DNA from: Thermoplasmatales archaeon I-plasma
GTDB taxonomy: Archaea; Thermoplasmatota; Thermoplasmata; Thermoplasmatales; GCA-001856825
DNA length: 51,491 nt
NCBI GenBank assembly: GCA_031961395.1
Contig: JAVRLO010000001.1
Location: 1 to 51,491 of the forward strand
Reading direction: 5' to 3'
This document shows positions 37,558 to 46,143 of the stretch, piece after piece. A program made the position numbers and the translations under genes. Each line of letters begins with the position of its first letter. The first letter of the stretch is position 1. The notes under the pieces were generated by a model. It was not told where the DNA came from, searched no databases, and saw only the letters and a list, made by a program, of their open reading frames with translations.

Positions 37558-38688
37558 ATGACTCTAAAGGATGAAGAAAGATTAAAACTCAAAGAAGTTG
37601 AGATTTTTTCCAAAGAAAGAGTAAGACCGCGTGCTTCTTCTATAGATAGAACTGGAATGTTTCCGTCCGATTTAGTGGATGATATGAGGCAGATGGGTCT
37701 TTTTTCTATGTACATACCAAAAAAATATGGAGGTCTTGGTTTTTCATTGAGATCATTGATGGAAGCAGTCAGAATAATTTCTAGAGAATGTGCATCAACC
37801 TCTCTTATTCTTGATGTTACAGTTTCATTATTCGCTGAGCCCATTATTCAGTTTGGAAGTGAATTTCTTAAGGACAATTATCTTAAGAGAGTTGCTTCAG
37901 GAGAGATAGGTGCCTTAGCTATTACAGAACCTGGAACAGGTTCGGATGCTGCCGCTATCAAAACCAGAGCTATAAAAAAAGGAAATAAGTACATTATAGA
38001 TGGTACGAAAACTTTTATCACAAATGGGAAAGAGGCAAGATTTTATCTCGTATCTGCTATGACTGACCCCTCTAAAAGACACCGTGGAATGACCCTTTTT
38101 GTAGTCGATAGAGAATCTCCTGGCTTAAGCATTGGAAATGAGTTTAAAAAAATGGGCATAAGAGGGTCCAGCACAACAGAAGTTATACTCAACGGAGTTG
38201 AAGTCAGTGATGAATACGTCCTTGGAAATGAAGGGGAAGGATTTAAGATAGAGATGGAAACGCTAAATGTGGGAAGAATAGGCATTGCAAGTCAAGCTGT
38301 TGGAATATCCGAGGGGGCGTTTAATGATGTGAGGAACTATGGAATAGAATATAATAAAACTAAAGAGTGGTTCCTTTTCAGAATGGCAGACATAGTTAGC
38401 GAACTCCAATCATCAATTAAAAATCTCGACGAGGCAATAAATTACAGTGAAAGTGGAAAAAATTCCCCGTTATTAAGTTCTATATCCAAACTAACTGCAG
38501 GTGATGCAGCTGTTAGCATCACTTCGAAGTCTATCTCCTTGCTAGGTTTAAGTGCATTTAGCGATAAATATCCTGTAGAGAGAAGATTCAGAGAGGCAAA
38601 GATTACACAAATTTACGAGGGTACCAATGAGATACAGAGACTTATTATAGGAAAAGAAATAGCAAAAGGAGCCAATATTATAGAGTAA
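37558..38688 (+). CDS. Acyl-CoA dehydrogenase
   Basis: About 376 aa with ITEPGTGSDAA, the C-terminal IYEGTNEIQRLIIGKEI signature and YPVERRFREAKITQ. The ATG is at 37558; the track start at 37555 is a TTG. Confidence 0.9.
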   Translation: MTLKDEERLKLKEVEIFSKERVRPRASSIDRTGMFPSDLVDDMRQMGLFSMYIPKKYGGLGFSLRSLMEAVRIISRECASTSLILDVTVSLFAEPIIQFGSEFLKDNYLKRVASGEIGALAITEPGTGSDAAAIKTRAIKKGNKYIIDGTKTFITNGKEARFYLVSAMTDPSKRHRGMTLFVVDRESPGLSIGNEFKKMGIRGSSTTEVILNGVEVSDEYVLGNEGEGFKIEMETLNVGRIGIASQAVGISEGAFNDVRNYGIEYNKTKEWFLFRMADIVSELQSSIKNLDEAINYSESGKNSPLLSSISKLTAGDAAVSITSKSISLLGLSAFSDKYPVERRFREAKITQIYEGTNEIQRLIIGKEIAKGANIIE

Positions 38689-39505
38689 CTTTCTTCAAAG
38701 TGTATTTTTCTATATTATCGATTATTGCCGCCGGGGTTTGTGGATCGTGTTCAAAAATTAATATCCACTTTTCTTCAAAAGCTTTAGCCAGAAATTCCTT
38801 CTTTTGCATGAAAGTGTCCATAGGGTAAAGATCATAGGCCATAATGTAAGCAGGTTTAATGTGTGCAGAAGTTGGAATTAGGTCTCCGAAGTAAACGATT
38901 GTGTTTTGTCCTTCCCTTGCCATAACTATTTGATGCCCCTTTGTATGGCCCCCAGTTTTTATAAGCTCTATTCCAGGCAAAATTTCCTCCCTTCCACTAA
39001 TTGTTATAAACTGATTGTCCAGGCCAACAAAATTAAGGTAATTGTAATTAGGTTTTGTTTTCTCGTTTGGATTTTTAATTTCGTCCAATGTATCGCTTTG
39101 TAAATAGTACTTAGCATTCGGGAAGGTAGGTTTTAATGATCCGTTGAAATTAATTGTCGCCCATCCGGTATGATCAAGGTGTCCATGAGTGAAGATAACG
39201 TCAGTAACTTCATCCCTACTTATTCCATAATTTGACAAATTCTCTATTAAATTTCTTTCTCTTTTAATATCATAAATAGATAGGAGTTTACTGTCAAATT
39301 TATCACCCATTCCTAAATCCACAAGAGCAACCCTATTTTTCCTTCTTATAACAAGGGTATTGGTCCCGAGAGTTATCCTATTTTGTTCATCGGGAATAAA
39401 ATATTTCTGCCATACTGGTTTCGGAACAACACCAAACATTGCTCCACCGTCTAATTTAAAAGTTCCATCATTGACTAAAAAGTATTCGGTATCTCCTACT
39501 TTCAT
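38678..39505 (-). CDS. MBL-fold metallo-hydrolase
   Basis: 275 aa with the HxHxDH motif as FTHGHLDHTGW, plus the downstream GGHTKGH. Confidence 0.8.
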   Translation of the reverse strand: MKVGDTEYFLVNDGTFKLDGGAMFGVVPKPVWQKYFIPDEQNRITLGTNTLVIRRKNRVALVDLGMGDKFDSKLLSIYDIKRERNLIENLSNYGISRDEVTDVIFTHGHLDHTGWATINFNGSLKPTFPNAKYYLQSDTLDEIKNPNEKTKPNYNYLNFVGLDNQFITISGREEILPGIELIKTGGHTKGHQIVMAREGQNTIVYFGDLIPTSAHIKPAYIMAYDLYPMDTFMQKKEFLAKAFEEKWILIFEHDPQTPAAIIDNIEKYTLKKVTL

Positions 39506-39531
39506 AAGAGTGTAGTTTCATATGATATTTA

Positions 39532-40443
39532 TCATTTTTTTAAAATTTCAGATAAAAGATCTTCTTTAATCTCAAGTTTATTATCATCAATCCATAGCCC
39601 TCTGCTAACTTTCTTAATTTTGGCAAATTCATGTTTCATATAGTTTTCAAATTCTTTTTCCTGCCCTTTAGCCAATGATACGATTGCAGCACCGGACGAA
39701 CTCACATAAAAAATATCAGTGCCCAATTCCATTAAATCATCTGGTATTAATTTTGACAGATCTGAGAAAGAGAGTTTAAATCCAGTTTTCAGGTGATAAG
39801 AAATTTCTTTCAATGCTCTGTATAATCCACCTTCAGCCAAATCGTGTACATATTCTATCTTTCCATTGAATCCTTTTAACTTATCTATTAATTCAGAAAT
39901 TGAAAGATCTCTTTCATTTACTTTCCTGTATTTTTCATTGATCTTATGTTCGAAATACTTGTATTCTAATCCTATTTTGCCAATCAGATAAAATGAGGAA
40001 TCAACACTTATTTTTTCTAGACTGAAAATAGGTCTATTGAATGAGATTAGTACCATACTTCCCGTTATCCCATAATTTATGTTACCATAATTTCCAGTAT
40101 GGGCAGAGACTAATTTGATATTATTTTTTCTCATTATTTTGTAAATTTCATTCATATATATTTTATAACGCTCAAATTCCTCCTTGGGTGATTCAAAATC
40201 TATCATTGCGTATTCAGGACTCAAGCCAGAGGTTAAAAAATCGTTTTCAATAAATATAAAAGATAGTAACGCATTTTCCTTTGGAGTTAAGAAATCATAA
40301 TACATCATTGGTTCAATTTTGGCTGTTACACCACCGCATTTATCTATTAATGAAAAATCTGCACCTATTACATTACTTTCTACCATGATGTCTTGATTTT
40401 CCTTGATAATTTTTTCTAAAGACCTGATATCTATTTTACTCAT
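39532..40443 (-). CDS. AIR synthase-related protein (PurM/ThiL/HypE superfamily), function unknown
   Basis: VSAHTGNYG and VHDLAEGGLYRALKEIS resemble the PurM-superfamily N- and C-domain motifs. The ATG at 40443 is preferred: the track start at 40491 is a TTG only 12 bp from the divergent gene. Confidence 0.5.
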   Translation of the reverse strand: MSKIDIRSLEKIIKENQDIMVESNVIGADFSLIDKCGGVTAKIEPMMYYDFLTPKENALLSFIFIENDFLTSGLSPEYAMIDFESPKEEFERYKIYMNEIYKIMRKNNIKLVSAHTGNYGNINYGITGSMVLISFNRPIFSLEKISVDSSFYLIGKIGLEYKYFEHKINEKYRKVNERDLSISELIDKLKGFNGKIEYVHDLAEGGLYRALKEISYHLKTGFKLSFSDLSKLIPDDLMELGTDIFYVSSSGAAIVSLAKGQEKEFENYMKHEFAKIKKVSRGLWIDDNKLEIKEDLLSEILKK

Positions 40444-40503
40444 GAACGATTGTTCAAAATATGATGTTAAATAAAAATTTATGCAAATCAATCATCTGGT
40501 ATT

Positions 40504-41499
40504 ATGTTAATTGATACCGAGGAACTATCAACTGAGGATATCTTGGTCTCGGTTTCACCCCTGACATTTATTGATAATGCAAAATTCATGAATTGGCTAA
40601 GAAATGGCTATGCAGCAGATATGACTTATTTATCAAATGAAGATTCAATTAGAAAAAGAGAAGACCCGTCTTTAATAATGAAAAATTCAAAATCTATAAT
40701 AACCTTCGTAATTAATTATAAAAGACACTACTATTATAATGAAAAATACGGTCGAATCTCAAAGTATGCTCTTGGTTTAGATTACCATATTTATGTGAAA
40801 AAAATTATTGATAGATTCATAGAAAATAACAATCTTTACATTACTAATTATAAAAGCTATGTAGATACAGGCCCGATACTCGAGCGTGAACTAGCATTTA
40901 GATCCGGAAGAGGTTGGATTGGTAGAAATTCTATGTTTATAAATATGAAAATGGGTTCCTTCACTTTTTTGGGAGAAACTTTAACAGATCTTAAAATAAA
41001 TAGCTTCGACGTCCCTTCTCCAGACTTATGTGGAAAATGCAACAAATGCATAGTGAGCTGCCCTACTCAAGCTATAAATCCTGATAGAACTATCGACTCT
41101 AGAAAATGTATTGCTTACAACAACATTGAAAACAGGGACATAATACCACCTTCTATAGCATTAAAGATGTCGGATATGATATTTGGCTGCGATATTTGCA
41201 ACGATGTTTGCCCCTGGAATAACAATTCGAAGATTTCAAAAATTAAAGAGGTCTCGGATTATAATTTTGGAAATATTATGAGCGTAGAGGACATGGCGTT
41301 TATAGATAAATATAATTTTGAAAAATTGTATAAAAATAGCAGTCTCAAGAGAGCAGGCTATCAGGGGTTAGCGAGAAATGCTGTCATTGCACTCTATAAT
41401 AAGGACAAGAATAATCCAGTATTAAAAGAAATTGAAAAAAATTTTAATGATTTAAGAACTAAACAAATAAAAATTTTGAAAACTAAGTATAACCTATAG
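40504..41499 (+). CDS. Epoxyqueuosine reductase (QueG)-like Fe-S protein
   Basis: 331 aa. The QueG-type blocks are ADMTYLSNE...REDP, KYALGLDYH, DTGPILERELAFRSGRGWIGRNSMFI, and two ferredoxin-like clusters, CGKCNKCIVSCP and CDICNDVCPWN. The C-terminal region is helical. Confidence 0.7.
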   Translation: MLIDTEELSTEDILVSVSPLTFIDNAKFMNWLRNGYAADMTYLSNEDSIRKREDPSLIMKNSKSIITFVINYKRHYYYNEKYGRISKYALGLDYHIYVKKIIDRFIENNNLYITNYKSYVDTGPILERELAFRSGRGWIGRNSMFINMKMGSFTFLGETLTDLKINSFDVPSPDLCGKCNKCIVSCPTQAINPDRTIDSRKCIAYNNIENRDIIPPSIALKMSDMIFGCDICNDVCPWNNNSKISKIKEVSDYNFGNIMSVEDMAFIDKYNFEKLYKNSSLKRAGYQGLARNAVIALYNKDKNNPVLKEIEKNFNDLRTKQIKILKTKYNL

Positions 41500-43939
41500 A
41501 GAAAATGTCTGGGTATGAGTTGTCATTGTACAGAGTGCCAGAAGAGTAATAGTAATCTTGTAACGCATTAATGTCTATTGAAGGTGAAGAAGTGTACCCC
41601 CAACTAACGTTTCCTGATATCTGGTATACGTTAAGATAATAGTTCGTGCTTCCATTAAGAATTGTATTTGGAATTGAAATATTGTACCATAATTGATTCT
41701 GCGATACATTTATAGTTACATTTGATAAAACATTAGACCCCCATAAAGATGTTCCAATACTGAATGAGACTTCACCAGATCCACTCAAATATAGTACTAC
41801 GAAATTTATGGTCGCGGATGAGTTGTTTCCAATGGTGAATTCTTCAGCCTCGGGTAATGTATAATTCTGTATGTTTGCTGAGGTGGCATTTACCTCTGAG
41901 TATATTGCTGATGTTGATGATGAGGTAGTAGATTGTGTGAACGTTATTGCTTGATTTACATTCGCTCCATTTACAGTTATCGTTCCTGATGATGGACTGG
42001 CTGTGTATCCACTCACGCTTCCTATACTGTATGAATATGAACCGTCAGGTTCACTGAAACTTATTGTGCTCGTGCTTGATGAACTTGTTGTTCCATTCAA
42101 TGTTACTGACCAGGTTGTTCCTGATGCTAATCCACTCTCTGTGAACGTAACTGTATATGTAGTAGCTGCGGTACCTCCTGATGCCAAAACGAAATTATAG
42201 GCATTAATCGATCCCCATCCAACCACAAGGCTATATCCATCTGCAGAAGTAAATGCTCCATTACTTCCATTATAAATGAAATAAAATGGTGGTGCAGATG
42301 CATAAGATCCGTTAGCTTGCGCCTGTCCAAGTTTATAAACGAGCGGGTTCATGAAACCCTCGTTTGAACCCATGTAATTATCAATTGTGGCAACAACACC
42401 TGCCATTAACGGTGAAGCTACAGATGTACCCCAAAGTTCTTGATATCCGGAACCACTTGAAGTGGTTATAAATATTGACATATTCGCTCCATCTGCAGCT
42501 ATATCTGGTACTCCCCTACCTGATGATACTCCGGTTACGCTTGAATTTGAAGTTATAGCATTATTGGCCATTTGGCTTGATAACTGCCAAGAAGGTTCAG
42601 GGAATATTGAACTTACTCCTCCTTGTGATCCATCTCCCGACTGGGGTGAATTATACCAAACTGCCTGTGATAATATACCCGTGGTACCACTGCCATTCTC
42701 TGATTGACTACCGGATAAAGTCATCTCAGCTCCTCCAACAGCCAACGTACCAAAATTATTGTATGCCATTGTTGCTGGAAAACTTGGAGCTGCTGAGTTG
42801 CTATTCCCGTCATCGCCAGATGAGGCTAGCACAGTTATTCCTCTAGCTGCAGCTTCTTCTTCATATTGCATCCACGTTGTGTCATTTGTGTCTTGCCCGC
42901 CCCAAGAATTACTTATTGCAACCACATTTTTTAGAGGAGCAAATGAAGACCCATTATTTAGAGCAGCAGCGAATGCTTCATCCAGATAATTTTGTGTAGC
43001 AGCAGGACCATATACTTCTACTATTGTTGCACCTGGGGCTGTACTACCCGCCATTTCTAAATCAAGGGTGCTTTCAAAATTTGCCTGAGAAGGATCGTTT
43101 GCTGCTGAAGGACCTGGGCTTGGAGCTCCACCTACAGGGTATCCATATACCACTGGTTTTGGTTCTCCCGCAGGTAACGTATTGTTAAAATATGTTGAAA
43201 TGTCTGATGGTACGAATGGGGCGTACAGATTGCCAGATGAATCATTTCCTGACCAAAGGATGGTAACAATTGTAGAATTTACCGGGTAACCCTTGGAATA
43301 AAGTTGTGTTAATTGATATGCTGTTTGCATATCTGAACCGTATAACATCTGTGTTCCGTTAGAATCGATAAACAATGGTGATATTGTAGCCCTAAATTGA
43401 GTATTCAATCCGACCATGTTTGAAATTTCACTAAAATAGGGACCGCTATAATAAACAGGAGCAACAGGGGCTATAAATTTGTTCTTGCTACCTATTAATC
43501 CAAATTGCGTATTAAATATTTTAGAGAATTGATTATATGTTCCGGTCACCGCTATAGAGACCCTATCATTGAATGAAGTTACCGAAAAACCATTTTCAAC
43601 GAAATAATTAGCTATTGAGAAGTAATCAGTTACGGATGGAGAAAATATTGCTACAAATTGACTCTGGGTCATATATTTATGATAAAGCGGTGACAGGGGG
43701 TCTTGTATTTCAGCAAGGTATTTATCTAAATATTCCTGATTCCTGTATTTTAGCGTTATCAATATTGTTATTTTATTATTACCATTTATATGCATATATT
43801 GACTCGTGTAAGTTACTTGCCCAGAAATTTTAGGGGAAAGTGCATTCATATTATTTGTCGCAGCCGCGTGAACCGATAGACCTGAAAAAAGAAGTATTAG
43901 CACAACACCCAAACTGAGTAATATGATTACTTTCTTCAT
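41483..43939 (-). CDS. Secreted peptidase S53 (sedolisin/kumamolisin family) pre-pro-enzyme with C-terminal beta-rich extension
   Basis: 818 aa with signal peptide MKKVIILLSLGVVLILLFSGLSVHAAA and a pro-domain. The catalytic motifs are ESTLDLEMAG (Glu/Asp), SSGDDG and GTSVASPLMAG (Ser). About 250 aa of Ser/Thr-rich sequence with many N-x-S/T sequons follows, including YTVTFTESGLASGTTWSVTLNG. Confidence 0.85.
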   Translation of the reverse strand: MKKVIILLSLGVVLILLFSGLSVHAAATNNMNALSPKISGQVTYTSQYMHINGNNKITILITLKYRNQEYLDKYLAEIQDPLSPLYHKYMTQSQFVAIFSPSVTDYFSIANYFVENGFSVTSFNDRVSIAVTGTYNQFSKIFNTQFGLIGSKNKFIAPVAPVYYSGPYFSEISNMVGLNTQFRATISPLFIDSNGTQMLYGSDMQTAYQLTQLYSKGYPVNSTIVTILWSGNDSSGNLYAPFVPSDISTYFNNTLPAGEPKPVVYGYPVGGAPSPGPSAANDPSQANFESTLDLEMAGSTAPGATIVEVYGPAATQNYLDEAFAAALNNGSSFAPLKNVVAISNSWGGQDTNDTTWMQYEEEAAARGITVLASSGDDGNSNSAAPSFPATMAYNNFGTLAVGGAEMTLSGSQSENGSGTTGILSQAVWYNSPQSGDGSQGGVSSIFPEPSWQLSSQMANNAITSNSSVTGVSSGRGVPDIAADGANMSIFITTSSGSGYQELWGTSVASPLMAGVVATIDNYMGSNEGFMNPLVYKLGQAQANGSYASAPPFYFIYNGSNGAFTSADGYSLVVGWGSINAYNFVLASGGTAATTYTVTFTESGLASGTTWSVTLNGTTSSSSTSTISFSEPDGSYSYSIGSVSGYTASPSSGTITVNGANVNQAITFTQSTTSSSTSAIYSEVNATSANIQNYTLPEAEEFTIGNNSSATINFVVLYLSGSGEVSFSIGTSLWGSNVLSNVTINVSQNQLWYNISIPNTILNGSTNYYLNVYQISGNVSWGYTSSPSIDINALQDYYYSSGTLYNDNSYPDIFSIGYT

Positions 43940-44965
43940 ATGGTTTTTGTAATGTAATAGCCACTATAATAATTTTTCTCTTAAATATCTGAAATTAATT
44001 CATTTATTGAAATACTATTAATAATTTTCTCTCTTTATTCTTTAAATTTTCAAATCGCATCAAACAAGATTAAATAAAATTGAAAATAAATTTATGTCAT
44101 ACTTTTAATTCCACTTTATACGCTAAATTCTGGGATTTTTTACTCTTCTTGAAAGTCCCTTTGAAAAAGAATTCATCATATGGTGACTAATAGCATTATG
44201 AGTGTAGCTTTATAATATGAGATTTGAACAGTGCTTATTGTTCTTAGAGACATTTAAATTTTCATAAGGTTTAAATTTAAAATTCAGAAAAGGAATTATT
44301 GATCTACGCCTTTTATATCTATCATTATACATACATTTAGAATATCTACAAAAAGTAAATTTTAAACTTACGTATTGTAACATTATAGGTATTCCAGAAT
44401 ATTCTCTTTTCTATTTTTAAGAATCTCTGCAACTGGTCCGGAAATAAATATTATGTATTATTTTCTAACGCGCTTCCTTTTTCCATTTTCATTCCGGATG
44501 TTTGCAAATGATTATGCGCGGATTTGTTAAAAGTTAGTGATACTATTCTTTCAGATTAATGTCATTCTCAAGCAACTCCTTATCTCTTCTACATTTTCTA
44601 ATTTTCAAGGCAGTATATTTTCCCCTCAGGTTTGTGCGTACTCCGTTAACATCATTTTTGCGTTTACGTTTGAAATATTTATATATTTATTGATAGTAAT
44701 GCTATATTTTGTGCCTCTTTATATTCCGATAACGTTGCTTTTTATGATTACATAAATCTATGGTTACCCATGCATTCATATTCTTTACGATTTTTTAAGA
44801 TGGGCCAAGTTCTGTTAATGTTTTGCCGGTGAAATCGGTTAACTTAATTCAGAATATATGGGTTTTAATATTCACCAATACTTATTGCGATCCTATGAGG
44901 TAGAAGTTTATCCATAATAGAAAAACTTAACAAATGTTTAATTAAAGATTTTGTATTACAGCATT

Positions 44966-45292
44966 ATGTTAAGCATAAAAGTGACTGTTACAAATATTTC
45001 CTCGATTTATGACCCTGAAACAAGAATTAGGGGACGGGAAATAACTCTTGAGGAGTATAAAGATCAAAAGATTAGTAACAGTCCCAGTATGGGCTTTTCC
45101 CCAGATTTTATTAATGATTTGATGAAAAATATATCTCAAACATTTGGATTCTCCGCTAAACCTTCTCAGAAAATTATCTTGAAACTTTCTGATGAGGAGT
45201 ATGAGTCACTAGGCATTAAATTTGAAGTCAACGACATATACAATGTTACATTCAATGAAGGAAAAATAGAATTTAGTAGGGACCATTTTTGA
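44966..45292 (+). CDS. Hypothetical protein (~108 aa)
   Basis: Open frame with an ATG at 44966; the track start at 44951 is a TTG. No family recognised. Confidence 0.35.
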   Translation: MLSIKVTVTNISSIYDPETRIRGREITLEEYKDQKISNSPSMGFSPDFINDLMKNISQTFGFSAKPSQKIILKLSDEEYESLGIKFEVNDIYNVTFNEGKIEFSRDHF

Positions 45293-45546
45293 TTTATCCT
45301 GAGTATGAATGGAAACTTTTATAATCATTACAAATTTTCATTTCTCTAAGGTCATATTCTTCTTAAAATTACTATTTATAAAATTGAAATAGAGTTTAAT
45401 CTCAGTTTTAGGCTCAATCACAATGTTTGCATCTGATCCTAAAACACTTAACACTTCGGGGATTTGTTACATTAATAAAACTTGAACTGCTATTTGAATA
45501 TTTTAGCATGCGAAAATATTAATACTGAAATTAACCTATAATTTCA

Positions 45547-46077
45547 ATGAAAGATGATAGCAATTACTCTGATGTCTACGATTTTCTAAATGAATCGGAG
45601 ATTTTATCTATACTTGAGAGGGATAAATGGGAGTTGGAGTTAGAGCGAAGGATAGATTCTATGGTTAAGGGAGGAAACGTAAAAGGCAAAGTTGCAAGAG
45701 ATGAATTTAACCAAATTGCCAAGAAATATTATGAATTCGCTAATGATTTAGTGGAACAGGGGAAATATTATGAAGCTGTTGATCTATACTCTAGATCGAT
45801 ACAAATATCAAGAAGGTATCTACGCAGAAGAGCTCAAGATGCTATTTTTAACAGGGCCATAACTGTGGCAATGATGGGATTTCCCATACTTGCTCTGCAA
45901 GACTTAAGAACAATTCTAAGATGTAAACCAGCGAAAGCGGATCTGTTTTATGTCATGGGGCAAATCTACGAAAGCCTTGATAAAAAGTGGCTTGCTAAGA
46001 GAATGTATGAGAAGTCTCTTTCTATTGATCCCAATTACTGGAGAGCAAAGAACAGTCTAGAGAGGAGAGATTCATAA
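45547..46077 (+). CDS. TPR-repeat protein
   Basis: 176 aa with about three TPR-like units (YYEAVDLYSRSIQI..., LFYVMGQIYESLDKKWLAKRMYEKSLSIDPNYWRA). Confidence 0.6.
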   Translation: MKDDSNYSDVYDFLNESEILSILERDKWELELERRIDSMVKGGNVKGKVARDEFNQIAKKYYEFANDLVEQGKYYEAVDLYSRSIQISRRYLRRRAQDAIFNRAITVAMMGFPILALQDLRTILRCKPAKADLFYVMGQIYESLDKKWLAKRMYEKSLSIDPNYWRAKNSLERRDS

Positions 46078-46143
46078 TTATAAGTTATAGACACTAGATA
46101 ATTTTTATCTAATAAAAAGAAATAATGTAAAAGGTCGATCTAT

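Noticed and set aside
37228-37844. Track ORFs 37228-37443 (+) and 37440-37844 (-) in and around the xerA/acd spacer.
   Set aside because: The first is AT-rich and low-complexity. The second overlaps the 5' part of the acyl-CoA dehydrogenase gene on the opposite strand and has no motifs.
44537-44755. 72-aa hydrophobic ORF in the 1 kb gap.
   Set aside because: Phe/Ile/Leu-rich translation typical of random AT-rich sequence. There is no Shine-Dalgarno sequence or recognisable promoter spacing. It is kept only as part of the gap finding.
43940-44950. The AT-rich gap as a replication origin.
   Set aside because: No orc1/cdc6 gene is adjacent, and I could not find repeated ORB-like elements. Only weak TCCGGAA-type similarities occur near 44434 and 44490.
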